DNA from: Zancudomyces culisetae HAW-14-8
Taxonomy: Eukaryota > Fungi > Kickxellomycota
DNA length: 64,000 nt
Direction of reading: 5' to 3'
Assembly (NCBI GenBank): GCA_052426225.1
Contig: JBNJNM010000007.1
Location: 124,001-188,000 of the forward strand
A model generated the notes under the pieces. That model had not been told where the DNA came from. It did no database searches and worked only from the letters and a program-made list of their open reading frames with translations. Positions 43,401-57,221 of the stretch are shown here, in pieces (the first letter of the stretch is position 1; each line of letters begins with the position of its first letter). The position numbers and the translations under genes are program-made.

Positions 43401-46400
43401 TTGGATACCTCAGCCAGCTACGGTGCACTTTTGCAACCCCAATTTCATATATTAATCAAAGGGGAACCAATTGATTTTAAACGTTTGTTAATATCAACCA
43501 CAGAGCATGTATCGTCGTTTGTCCAAATTAGAAATGTATTCAAATTCGTTTTGGCTACTATTAAAGCTCTTATTTTTTAATGTATTTGTGTTTCAAATGT
43601 CAGCTGAAGAAAAAAAATTTTCACACGGGAGAGGAGGAGGATTTGTAGTAGATCTTTCTCCCTCCATTCCCCTCCCGGAGATATTTGATCCTTGTGGTGG
43701 TTGGTGTTTATCAAGCTAGCTAAATGGCACGTGAATTTTAGGTTTTCCTATAGACCCAATATTATGTAGCTAGAGCTAAAAAGCATCAACATTTCTCTTT
43801 GGATTATGGTTGCATGTCTAGTTTGAGCAACAGGTGGAGTATTCAGAACAATTCAGCGCGATATCGTTTATTTTTGCTTCAAATTTCGTTCATTAACCCA
43901 AATAAAAATATGATCTTGGCATTTTATTTTTTTATTGCTGCCAGTACAGCATTAAAAGTTAAAATCTATATTAAGCATTACAAAAAGAAATATTTATATT
44001 GTCTATTACATATCTATTCTCTTAAAAGTCCTACATTATACAAATACCATTCCATCCATATTTATTTTTTAGTGACTTTTTTTTTCGCAAACAAGAAGAG
44101 TGGTGATAGATGTGACGTAAACTAACACAAATGCTCTAGGGAAAAAAATAAACAGTTTGTAATTTTATCCTGTCCCCAATAGTACATTGTCAAATATAGA
44201 AACCAGGGAATCCGAATCGTTTTCTTGTTTGACTACAGATGCAACGAGCCATGAAAAAGGAAAAAGAAAATTTACGAGTCTGCTGCATGGTACCTTTGGA
44301 TTGCAAAAAAGTGCTGCAGATATCGGATAATCATTCTTCACCATCATCAAGGACGTCATATGGATAATCTCTACGTATGTTCATTCCCTTCACTTCAATA
44401 TACACACACAAGATCTTGCTACCCTTTTGCTTTTCCATTTTTCTCTATTTTTATTATCATAAGTTAAAGTGTGATGCTTTTTGCTTAATTTTTGTGGGCT
44501 ATCTGTGTTTCATAAGAATACTAAGAGCAGAACTCCGAGTCATATACTAGGATTATTCTTTTTCGGTGCTGTATTCCGTCTTTGGGTTCCAATATTATAT
44601 TTTAATCTATTTCTCTGTGAACTAAGGCTGGATCAGAGGTATATCGATTTCGTTTGCAAGCTTACTTGATAACTATCAAAATGTCGAAATCTAGATACCA
44701 CTCCTGTACTTTTATATGCGATACATAATCTGCAGATGGCGTAAAAGTTGAAATAGGCTCATTAATTAGAATATCTTTGTACTTCACTCAACATACTTTA
44801 TTGCGCTTGTATGCACAGGTCAGATGTAAAGTCATTTCTGCTATTCTAAAAATAGCATGCCTTTTGCGGTTAAGAAAGTGATAGTACCATAGTTTTGGGA
44901 TTTTAAAGCATAACACCTCCAAAGGATGTAGTATATGTCTCATTTGTAATGCAGGAGTTTTGAACCTGTTCTTCGGTAATAATGAATCATCGTATTTTTT
45001 TTTGTATACTGGACCCACATCTAAAAGCCTAGGGGTTCTATGTCAATGTAAACTACACAAAATCCCATCATCTGACATAGTTGGGCAATTATGCAAAGGT
45101 GAAAAAGAAAGCTTATTTTGTAGAAAAGCCCCCTATTTTACCTTGTTGTTTCTGGTTATTCGCCATTCAATTTTCTTTATATGTTTCCAAAAATAGTATA
45201 AAAAAAAGAAGGGAGGAGGTGTGTTAGCATCATAACATGCGTATCTGTCCCGATTGGAGAAACCAACACCAACTGTCGGTTTCTATCTAGAGTGTTTTTG
45301 ATTTTTTGATTTTTTGATTTTGCTATCCAGCCAAGCATTGATAAAATTAAAAATAGAACAGAAAATGGGGGTTTTCGTTCATCCAAGTGAAAAGCGGACC
45401 ACAGTAATCAAAACTAGCCCTATTAAAAATCCAAATGGCGGTTTGAAAGAGGAGGAATTAATTGATGAAGTACTATAATGTTAAGATGCGAACCCCCTTC
45501 ACTAAACCAAGCGGGTTTAAAAAAAGTAGATACAACTTTGTTTGATCCACGTTGATATCTAGGAGAGGAGGAGCGCATTCGATTCTTCCCCATTTCTCCA
45601 ATATTCAAAAAAAAGGAAGAGTAAAATATTGAGTTTTATGCATAGGAAGAGGCCTTGATCGCTTTATAGCACGCATCAACTTTTCAGTTATCACACTCTA
45701 AGGTGGTGGTGTATTTTTAGTCATCCAACAATTTCTGCTTATATCAATGATATGTATATAAACACTTGTAAATTGTTAGTGCTTTATTTGAGTGCTAGCA
45801 AATCAAAATACTAAAATAGTACCGTTTTTTGAAGTTTATACTAAAGATTAGTTTTCTTGTAGAGTGTCTCAACCAGTGTGCAGTTGGTGTATTGGATTGT
45901 TTTTTTTTTTTTGTATTAAAGTTAGCTATTGCGATAGTATCTGGGCTTTATACTCAATGTAGTTAGGTGTATGTGGTATCCCTCAACTTTGGAAACAAGA
46001 AAAAAAAATCTATCGATAAAAGAATTCCACTCCTATCTTTTCCGTTTATCTTTTTTTAGGGTTGTTTTGTTAAACCATAGAAAGCCAATCGACCAGATTG
46101 TATATGAAAAGAGACTGCATCTGATTTTCCAGAAATATTTTTCCTAGGTGGTACGGATTAATGATTGTAAAGTTTATTATAAATAGTAGGTAGTATTTTG
46201 ATTCTATCTGTTTTTTTCTTTCTTTTTTCTTTTATATTCCAAAAAAAAGTCTAGTAGCAAACCTAAATTGACAAGTATATTTATATATCGGCTAAATCTA
46301 GTCCGTTTGTCTTATTATACATCACAGAAGCTAATATTTTCATCAAAAAGCTAGCAATGATTGTGAAGCCTTGTTGATCTTGAAAACACACTCACGCACA

Positions 46401-46765
46401 CACAGACACACACAGACACATACAAGCTAGACCAGTTTCATACAAAGTATAAGGATACCAAATGTGTTCGCAATTACCAATGATTAGGATGTTATTTCTC
46501 GTTTTTATTGTCAACACAAAAACATAATATACCAACATTTCCAACAACCATCTCTGTGCAGGCAGTGTAGCAACTGAAATAACACATCGAAAATTCCAGC
46601 TACATGTTTGAATTTAAGCTAATCTATTTACTATGCTGCTTTCTTTTTTATAGTTATAAAAGTAAAACAATATGGGCAAACTAAGAGCATAAAAACACAG
46701 TAGTTGGAATGTAAAGACAAGACAAAATAAGAAAGAAGGTGATGAGTGATTCAAATTATAAGAGC

Positions 46766-46805
46766 ACATACATACATACATACATACATACATACATACA
46801 TACAT
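46766..46805. repeat. (ACAT)n microsatellite
   Basis: About 10 tandem ACAT units seen directly. Confidence 0.9.
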
Positions 46806-48226
46806 TGGTCGTTACTATTGTAATAATCGTGTATGCTTTGGGCCTGTTGTTAACTGGAATATTTACTTTTGTTGTTGTTGTTTGGTTTAGAGATACTTCA
46901 GTTATTTATAGAATAGCCTATTGGAGGTCTAAAATTAAGTTTGAACAAGTATTGTGAAATTGTACCATCTCAAAATTTAAATGAAATACGAAAAAAAAAA
47001 TAGGCATACCATTAGGTAAAATTCTATGTGGTTACCAAAAAAAAAAACGAAAACACACACACATACACATACATATACACATTTGCCAATCCTTTTATTT
47101 GTAAACTCGACATTTGCATTTCAATTTTTTGATTCAATGGAAACATCAGATATTGATGGGTTTTAGAAACCAGATACAAATAAAAATACAAACCTCACCC
47201 CCCCTTCGTTAGTTAAATTCCACACATTTCTCGATTCTTTCCCCAAAATTAGTAAACTTCCCAACAACTCTTCAAAAAAAAAAGAAAAACAGAGTATTCC
47301 TAGAACAAACTACAATGTCTTATTTGTGTTGCCCTGGTTTGTGGTTCTATTATAGTTAATTGAGTCTTTCCTTAGTCTCAGTTGAGAATAAATAAATTAA
47401 TAAATAGATAAATAAATTGCAACACAAAACTTGGCCACAAAATATGCCCAAGTAGCGTTTGAATTCTTTTAATATTTCTATATTGGGAGAGGAATGCAGT
47501 TATTTTTTTATATATTTCAATCCCACCTGATCACACTTTATTCCAAACACATATTTTCATATTTCCAATGGGTTATTTATTGGATTAGCAGGATAAAAGA
47601 AAACACAAAACACAAAACACAAAACACAACACAAAAAAAAAAATGATGGAAAAACCTTTAATAAAATCGATATAATATAACAAAATAAAGTTGTGCATAC
47701 ATTTAAACAATTTGAATATTTTATATCCCGGAAAGTGTTCATACCTTTTAAAGCACTAGCATAGTATTAATAATCAAGTAATAAACATAAGGCAAAAAAA
47801 AAACAAAATACTATAGAAAAAAAACTCAAGATATATCATACTAAAAACACTTACACTCGAAAAAAGAGAAAAAAAGGCATCAGTAAACTGTGGCTAATAA
47901 AGTAAAAAGATACGGAGGGGAGTCTAGTTAACGCTTTATTGAAAAAGAAAAGTAAATATGTATATATGAATATACATACAGTTATATAGGTGAAAAAAAA
48001 GACAATATATAAAGCTTCTGGCCATAATAAGGCACCAAGATCAAGAAAGCAAAGGTTAAATTGTATTCTGCAATAAAGGGAAAACGAAAAGGAAAAGGAA
48101 AAGGAAAGGTCGTTGATAAAAGATACTACACAAGTTAATATATATGTCATCATTAAATCCCTTTGCTCACAGCCTCAAGGTTTAGAATAAAAGACAAATT
48201 GTAAAAGAATATATTGAACTTGAAAA

Positions 48227-51200
48227 ATGAAAAAGCTTTTAGGTGAATTAAAGAACAAAAATAAAGAGAAAGAGAAAGAGGGGGGAGAGGAAAGTGTAAA
48301 AGGAAAGGGAAAGGGGAAGGGAAAGATAACGGGAAAGGAGACGGGGAAGGGAAAAGATGATAGCTGGCCACGTTCTAGTATAGATAACGTTCCTTACAAT
48401 ACGTATTCTAAATATGAGTATGTGATTGGAGGTAAGTAATCCAGAATACTAGAAGTAAAGTAAAGTAAAGTAAATAAAAGATAAAAATAAGGAGTTTTTG
48501 GAATAATCACATATTGACAATGCCGGTATTAGTTTTGGAAAGTTATTAAAGTGAGATATTCAAAAGTAGATGCAACAAGTTACGATGAACCAGAGCATCA
48601 TGTGCCGGATGGTAACATGGCATCAGATACCTATGACCTCAGTAGGATTGAAGAGGAAAATATAGAGTTTGGAGATGGTGGTGATGGAGATGGTGGTAGC
48701 GTCAGGCAGAAGTTTAGAGGCACAATTACAGATTATGGATTCAGGCATTCATTAGATAGTGGTAGGGCTAACTCGGGATTATCAAATGTTAAAGATGAGT
48801 TGTACAACAATTGGGATACAAATAAATTTGCTACCAGTCCCAAGAGTGAGACTACATCAGTTACAGATTTCATTCCAAAAAAGAAAAAAGTGGGATTTGT
48901 TGATCAGGGTATTCCAGGAGATTACGAAACTGATGAAAATATAGTCATGGAAAAAAAAAACCTATTTGAAACGATATATGATAGAAATATTAGAAATGGA
49001 GAAGGTATGTTTAATTCATCACGAAGTAAGTCAGAGGATACCACAAGATTAAACTTCAGCAAGGGGAGTGGCTTTAGCTATTTAAGCCTTGGAAAGCTGT
49101 TCAAGAAAAGTGGATCGAGTTCAAAAGTAAAAGCTGGTGGTATTGGTGTTGGTGTTGGTACTGGTATTGGTATTGGTATTGGTATTGGTATTAAGAGCCC
49201 AAAACTGCAAAAAGCGAGTAAAATTGATGAGAAAAAGGAAAAAGTAAACGAAACAAGCAGTCCAATAATACAAAGTGGAGTATCTAAAAAGACTGATACA
49301 GGAAACAATAATAGTGGATCAAAATCACCGAGTGTCAATCAAGAGAAAAGTAGCATTGCAGAGTATAGTATTTTGGGATCAGATATAGGAACGGAGAATA
49401 GTTATATTGGAGAAAGCATTACACAACTCAGTTTGAATATTGATCTTGAAGATGACGATATTAGTTATGGGAAGGATATCTTGGAGCAAATGAATTCCAG
49501 GGAACTACAAGATTCCAATATTTCAAATTATGGAGCAGAGCTTAGTACAAAGACAATAAATAGAATGAGTAGCTTGATTAAAGAGAATCTTGTACAGCAA
49601 ACAATAGAGTACAATGAAGATCTTGTAGGGGGGGTTAATGCAGACACTCATTCTTATAATATGCAAAATGATGACCTGATGTTGGATAATTATAGTATTT
49701 TCCATAATTTAACAAATGTATCATTGGAGCATAGCCATAACCATAACGCAGAACTTTACTTGGAGAATGAAAAAGAAAGGGACATGGAAAAAATAGTTGA
49801 TCAAGCTATTTTAAAAGAAAATGAACAACAGGAAAAACGAGAACAGCTATGGATTGAAAAGACGGAGATAAACGAAAAGAGTAACAATGTGGAAATAAGG
49901 AAAGCCGATGTTGACGATATTGATACTGGTAACTCTGTAGTGAAAAAGAATAGAGGAGATCAAGAGAATTTTGATTATGATATTGATATTGGTATTGGTA
50001 TTGATACTGATTCTGGAGGAGTAGAACCGAATCAATATGTGGATTCAGATATTATTGGGTATATATTCCAAGATGTTAAAATACAAGATAGTGCTGAGAT
50101 ACAAGTTGAAGAGGAAATAGAAATAGGAAAAGAAAAAGAAAAAGAAAAAGAAAAGGGATCGAAAGTTTTGAATATAAACCATGATACTGAAAATACAGCT
50201 AGTTTTCAAAATGAATCAAGTAATATAGCATTTACAAACAGTAAAAATGAGGATGAGACCAAAGAATTACAGGGAAGTACACAAGAGTTGTATATACAAC
50301 ACCATATTTATACACTAATGTTTGATGGTGTAGCAAGGGATAAAAATGAAAATGAAAAGTGTGATCAAGTAGAGAGAGGGAGTAGTGACAAGGAATTGGA
50401 TAGTACTTTAGAGCGAAAAGAGTTGCCAGAAAAACAGTACGAGGATATGCAAGACAAGGAAAAAAGTGAAGAAGCAATATACCAAAGCTATGTTGGATCA
50501 ATTAAAGATATGTATAAAAAGAAAAGAAGTAAACGAGGCATGAAAAGTATAAAGTGGAAGAGTAGGAGATTATCTACAAAAAGTAGAACATCAAATGGAT
50601 TTAAAAGGTCTAATAGTCTGGTAGACAGAATCGATAAAGGAGAGAGTTTATTGGCAGATGCATATAGTCGCAAGCTAGATGGTATTAAATCACTTGAACA
50701 GAAAATCTTGAATATCATTCCATCTGAAGTTATTAGAAAAGTCGTGATTGATCAAATAAATAGATTTGAAAAACTAGATGACGAGGAATTAGAAGCGATA
50801 CAGAGAAAAACAAGTTGTAGTTATAACTCTAGTGATGATGAAATTGATAATATGTTAAACGGTGAAAGAGGAGGAGAAGGAGAAGGAGAAGAATATGAAA
50901 TGATCGAAAGGTTAGAGCAAAAAATCAAAAGAGTGAAAAATAAGATGCAATTAGAGGTAAAAATAAAAGATGCGGCAAGTAATCTAGTAAAGTTATATAC
51001 CAGAAATGCAAATACTAAAAAGATTAACGAATCGATATATCAACAAGAAGTTGCAGAGAAAAACTTGCAAACATTACGAGTAAAAGAACTTGAACCGCTT
51101 GAAGAACAGATTAAAAAGTGGAAAAAGAGACAGAGTAGCCATAGCCAACATATTGGACAGGTAGCAGTTGAAAAAGTACTGAGGTTTTATAAAGAATGGA

Positions 51201-54200
51201 CCAATACTGAAAATGACTCTACAACTACTGATCTTTGTAACAACCTTTCATTGGTTGTGCAAGAAAATACTAGTGACATAATAAAGAGTCTTGAAGAGTA
51301 CAAGTTTGGTGAGATGGTTAAGGAGAATTTTGAAATGAAAGCAAAGATCGACGAGTTGAACGAGCAATGTGAGTTATACAAGAGAAAAATAATAAATATG
51401 GAAGACCAAATAGCTGGAACTTTTAGAACTATTCAGCAAGAAAACGAAGGTATGAACGAGTGGGTAGAGTTGACTGGAAAATCATTGTACATTATCAAAA
51501 ACCTTTTTGAAAATACGCACTTGGGTTTATATCGTTCAATTATCGACGAAAAAATGTACAAACGATTTATAACAAGCCTTGGTTCGATTTGTAATCAAAT
51601 AATACCTCATCAAGATAATTTTGAAAATCACGAAAAGAATGATATGGAAAAGGAATTTAATGTTGAAGCTCAACAAAATAAACTAGCATTACTCTTGGAT
51701 GATTATCAAAATATTTTAAATATACAAGAGAATGGGGAAGGCGGGGATGAAGAGGAGGAGAGTTATGTACATAATAGCTTTCTGCTAACCTCAAGCCATA
51801 CAAATGGATCCAATATTCGTGGTAAAATTAAAACACCATTTGAAAATAGAAATAACAACATTGGGTTTGGCAGCTCTAAAAAGGTTTTGCCAATTTCCAA
51901 GCTACTTGAAATTTCTCTACTTTTGTCTACATTTAAAAACAACGAGCCGGCAAATCTTGGTGATGAGAATAATACCGAGTCGGGTAAGCTTTTAAAAGGC
52001 AAACATGAAAATCAAGCTAAAGAACTACAAGATAAGATAGGTGCTTTGGAAACTAATACGAGTGCAAGTGGCCACGAAAACAATGAATCACAACAACTGA
52101 TAAAGACACTCAAAGCCGAAAATTCAAAACTACTAAAAAGTATTTTGGTTAACAAACGAATAATCGAAAACCAACTTTTGAACATCAATAAGAAATTAGC
52201 TTTGCAATCCCAATTACCATCAGAACTAGATATCGAAAAATATTGTACTTTAACCGTAACCGTAACCGTCAACGAGGATAAAACGAAGATTTTTAATGAA
52301 AACACTCAAACTAGCGATAATGAGAATTACTCAAGAATGATCAATGTCTTTGACAATATCAAGACGGCTGTAGATCGAAATACAACAATGTACAAAAACG
52401 CTATAACAGGCCTTGTACAAGATATCAAACAACTTGAGGACAAAAACAAAGAAATGCAGAAAGAAATGGAAAATCTTGTAAATGATACCAAAAAACTCAG
52501 TACGCAACTTGTAGAAAACCAAACACACCAAGCAGCCATCGAAATGAGTTTGAATCTGGTGCAAAATGAACTAAAGCTTTCTAAACAAGATCTGTTGATG
52601 ATTATTGATTCAAAGGAGGCGATGAGTAAAGATCATGATCTTAAAGAAACTAGGCTAATCAATAAAATCCGGTATTTGGAATCACAGTTGTTAAATCTAA
52701 ATCTAAATTCAAATCCAAATTCAAATAATGATACCACTAATTTGAATCATTCAAGTAAGAGGTATAGTAGTTTTGTACCTTCAATGGGAACGTTTGGTAT
52801 TTTCAACTCGATAAAAAAATCCAGTAGTAATATGAATCTATCCAAAAGTTCTGATCAATTAAATTTACATGTACTACAAAAACAACAACAACAACAACAA
52901 CAACAAACTGAACCTTTCGATTTATTATCATCATCATCATCATCATATTATTATTATTATAATAATCAGAATCAGAATCAGAATCAGAATTATCATTCAT
53001 TTTCTGATAATAATTTGTATCCTAATACATTTACTGGTTTTGATATAAAAAAAAATACTCCCAAACCTCGTGGTTTCTCGTTAGAATTGCAAAATACCCA
53101 CAAGAGTATTTTGAACCAGCTTTTGGGACCTGAAAGAATTCCCCCGCTTTCTTCTTTGCCACCACAGCAACAATTAAATACAAATACAAATAATAATAAT
53201 GATAATAGTGGTGGTGGTGATGGTGATGGTCAGAATGATTCAAAATCAAAATCAGAATCAAAATCAGACTCTGGTTCAGAATCAGAATCAGAAATGGCAA
53301 GTTCAACTTGCAGTCTTTATCTTCCAAAAGTTAGTGGTAGCAATGCTGAAAATGAAATTAGGTATCAAAAGCTCAAAAATGAAATTTCTTGTGATCTATT
53401 ATTACTTGATTTACCTAATGAGAAATCATCCCAACAAAAAGATCTTTTTGCTCCTTTGAATACCAATCTAAATGACAATAATCCTGAATCACCTCTTTTA
53501 AAACCAGAATCAATACCATTACCAGATTCATTAAACATCAACAATAATGATCATCATGGTGATGATATTGATAATTTCAAGATTCTAAGAAATTCTCTAG
53601 TTGAAAATACATCCTCTCATCAAGAAATATCCTCTCTGACTGAACAATCCACCTCTACCCCTACCTCTACCTCTACCTCTACCTCTACCTTTACAAGGTC
53701 ACTAATTGTTGAAATCTTCAAATACTTATTCTCAATCTTTTTGAATAATCCGGTTTTAGCATTATCATTTACAGCTAATGGTGAACCTGTGATTATTACA
53801 AACGAAAATACAAATAATAAACCCCAATCTCAATCTCAATCTCAATCTCAATCTCAAACTCTTGTCAACTATTCAAATGTCCAATCCTTTGTTGATTTCC
53901 TCATCTCCTCTCTTTCCTCATCTTTAAAATCTTCACTGAAACTTCATGGTTTTACTCCCGACCTCTATTTTGATTCTTCAAATTTTATCAATTCTCAAAA
54001 GGATTCTTTTGTTAATTCCTTGGATCAGCTTAACCCCAAATCTTACAATCCTGAGAATAAACCACACAATTACGCTCTACATTCTAGTCCTACCGAATTA
54101 CGCGATGATACCTCTTTTCCTCAAAACCAAAATCATTACTCCCCAAATCAAAATCAAAATCAAAATCTTATTCCAATTAACTTCACTTCCCTTGATTCAA

Positions 54201-54778
54201 TCTCTACTTCTCAATCACTTCCCCCTCTACCTTCTGTGCTCAACCCTGCCTCTAACAACGATACTTTACTCCTATCCCCAGAAACCACTGTAAAATCTGA
54301 TATTGATACCTCTCTAGATACTCAACTCGATGACTTGGTTAACCTCTTGAACTCTAAAATCGACTCTTACCTGTCATCTCCTCCATTTCCTCTCAATCTT
54401 TTAGAATTGCTACTTGCTTTACAAAAAGTCTTGTCAATATTCTCCATCAACTCTCTTCCTTCTTCCCACTTCTTACCCTCTCAAAATCCTCAATCTTTTG
54501 AAACACCAAACACTTTTTCTCATGATAACCACCATATTGCTTTATTACCTGAAATTACTTTATCAGAAACCGCCACCTCACCAATATACCCCGCCTCCTC
54601 TAAATCTGGACCAGATTTTTCTCGTCCTGCCTTATCCGCTCATAATTATCTTTTATACGATCGTCTTTTTAAACTCTCTGCCATTTGCCAATCTTTAATA
54701 TCCAAGAATAAGGACACCAAAGACGAATTGGATTCTTTTAAAAAAATGTTTTTTGAAATTAAAAAATTGATTAAATAA
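48227..54778 (+). CDS. Very large low-complexity/coiled-coil protein with a probable Uds1-like domain; probable exon 1 at 48227-48431, main exon from about 48543/48552
   Basis: 2075-codon ORF. RFEKLDDEELE...LEQKIKRVKNKMQLEVKIKDAASNLVKLY...QHIGQV resembles the Uds1 (HR1-like) domain. GTAAGT donor at 48432; the acceptor is ambiguous. Confidence 0.65.
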
Positions 54779-54964
54779 TTAAAATTTCTGAGCTTAATTG
54801 CACGTATTTATTTATTATTTTTATTTACTTTTATTTAGATTTTACTTTATATTTTATATTTTAAAAATAGCGTTGTTTTAGATATTCAAAACTATATATT
54901 TAAATATAAAAACGCCAGTATACTACAATTTCAAATTCAAATTAAAACTCTAGAGTCTATTATA

Positions 54965-56403
54965 ATGGCCTCCAATATACAAGGCAAGTAAAGAAAAATA
55001 CTCTATTATTTGTTTATAAATGAAACAAATTCAATTGACTTTTAAACAATCAAACCTAAATTCGTTCTTTTTTATTTTATTATTTGTCATGTAGAACAAG
55101 TCCTGATCGACAGATTAGCAGTTGATGAACGAGGTTTGAAAAAATGCATGTCTAGATATATAACTTGTATAAATAAATTTAATGAAACAAAGAATACCGA
55201 ACCGAATGAAAAAGATTTCGATTCATTGTAAGTTTTTATATTTATACTTTCATTTATTAATACTATTCAGTGTAATATAGCAGAATAGAATAGAATATGA
55301 TATTAAACTGATCTTGGGTATAAATTAGAAATAATGAAATAAAAACGGTTTCAGCAGATCTATTGGCACTTTCACAATCTTTTACAAAAAACAGAGTAAC
55401 TAGTGACCAACGCAATTCCGAAATACAGTACTATCAAAACCTGACTGATAATTATGGCAAGTATTTTACTCTTTTCCTTTCTTTTTCTCTTATTCTTTCA
55501 CTCTTTCTCTTATTTTTCTTCTCTTATTATTGTTTATTTATTATTTGTGGTAAACTTTCATATATCTTTATACAATATTATATAGACAGGGAAATCGAAT
55601 CGATAACAGCAGAAATTATGCAGTTACAGAAAGATTTGGAAATTGAAAAAAAAGAGACAGCAAAACAAAGAGAATACGATTCAATTGCCTCAAATATAAA
55701 TTCTTATGACTCTAGAGACATGTCACACAGGTATTTTTTACTCTTGCTTTATAATCTTCATGCTAGCTTTAAATAAAATAAAATACAAAAAAAATCTAAA
55801 AATCAATCAAATAATTAATTAATCAAATATATAAATACTAGAGAGATTAAAGAGTTGAAGGAACAGATAGAAAAGTTGGAAGCTGAAGAGAAAATACATG
55901 GGAGAGCTATGGATCACTTGAGAAGTTTGTTCTCTACAAAAATCTCCACTCAATTACACCACTTTAAAGATCTACTTGAAAAGGCACAGGTTCAGGATTA
56001 TAGCGCCTTTGGATTAGAATTAGAACTAAAAAGCAATTCTGAGACCTTGCCCATTGAAAGCGCCAAGGTAATCAGTGGTGATGAGAAAAAGGAGGAGAAA
56101 TTAGAAATCGGAAATGGTGTACACGATACTTCAGCAAGCGAAACCATTACCCAACCCGATCACAAACTCACCACCAGTGCTTCCGCTTTGGTCCATCCAC
56201 AAACACCTTCTCTTATTCATGAGCAAGACACAAATGTTCGCAATGATGGAGAAATGGATGTAGATTCAGCTCATCCTCAAATGAATGAATCTGCAACCCA
56301 TATGGATGTCGAAAAAATGGATGCAGCTGATGAATCTACTTCGTTTGCAGTTAATGATGAAGAAGTGTATAACTGTTCTGATGGTGAAATAATCGACGAA
56401 TAA
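54965..56403 (+). CDS. THOC7: THO complex subunit 7 (Thoc7/Mft1 family); exons approx. 54965-54983, 55095-55227, 55329-55456, 55586-55730, 55842-56403
   Basis: EQVLIDRLAVDERGLKK N-terminus, EIQYYQ, and LQKDLEIEK...QREYDSIASNINSYDSR typical of THOC7. The model needs a GC-AG first intron. Confidence 0.8.
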
Positions 56404-56498
56404 AGTTTTTTTTTTTAATACATTTGTATAATTAGCATGATTTCTATTATTATTTTCTTTTTATTATATAATACAATTCATTTTTTTTTGTTTTTTTT

Positions 56499-57221
56499 TT
56501 ACAGAAAATATACAACAAAAGGGGTAACCAGTAATACCAAACTGATAATGTAATTTTGATCACTATAAAGCGCTCTTGATCTATTTCCATGACCGGTTGC
56601 GGTGGTTAGAGTAACAGGAATAATGGTGGTATCAACAGGAACAGTGACTTGAACAGTTGATGATGGTTCTGTTTCCGGACTTGCCAAAGTTAACTCTCTA
56701 CTACTTGTGCTAGCAACAGTACTTGTTTGTGAAACGACTACTAAATTGACATTGATATCTGTTGCTACTGAAGTCGGATTATTGGCATTGGTATTAGCGT
56801 TGGTGTTAGTGTTAATATTGTTACTGTTATTATAGGCAGAAATGTCTTGAAGGATCTTTTGATAGTTGGCGCTATTGGTAGGGTCGAAAATGGGACTGGA
56901 TGCGCAATATCGTTGATTGTTTCTGTTTATACAAAACGGAATATTGGGACAATTTATCAAAAAGTTTTGACCATTTTGCTGAGGACTGTTTACGGCTGTT
57001 ACGCTACATCCCGAAAAGTTACCACAAGTCATTGGACTTCCAAATGAGTTTGTTTGGCCATTACAGATTGCGTAATGATAGTCACCAAGACATATTACAT
57101 CACCGGGGTGACATGTAGTAGCCTGGTTTTTAAATGGTTGTGCTGCTGTGATATTTTGTGCTCGTATTGGTGCAATGATGTTGATCACTATCAAACATAT
57201 CAGCATTTGTTTCCTCGACAT
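56499..57221 (-). CDS. Secreted, probably GPI-anchored Cys-rich (CBM19-like) and Ser/Thr-rich surface protein
   Basis: Signal peptide, C-x2-G-x3-C...YAICNG...MTCG...C module, Asn-rich and Thr/Ser-rich stalk, hydrophobic C-terminus. Confidence 0.7.
   Translation of the reverse strand: MSRKQMLICLIVINIIAPIRAQNITAAQPFKNQATTCHPGDVICLGDYHYAICNGQTNSFGSPMTCGNFSGCSVTAVNSPQQNGQNFLINCPNIPFCINRNNQRYCASSPIFDPTNSANYQKILQDISAYNNSNNINTNTNANTNANNPTSVATDINVNLVVVSQTSTVASTSSRELTLASPETEPSSTVQVTVPVDTTIIPVTLTTATGHGNRSRALYSDQNYIISLVLLVTPFVVYFL

Noticed and set aside
44160-45620. Possible multi-exon gene or remnant on the minus strand
   Set aside because: Several donor/acceptor-like sites and short ORFs exist, but I could not build one in-frame model or assign a family.
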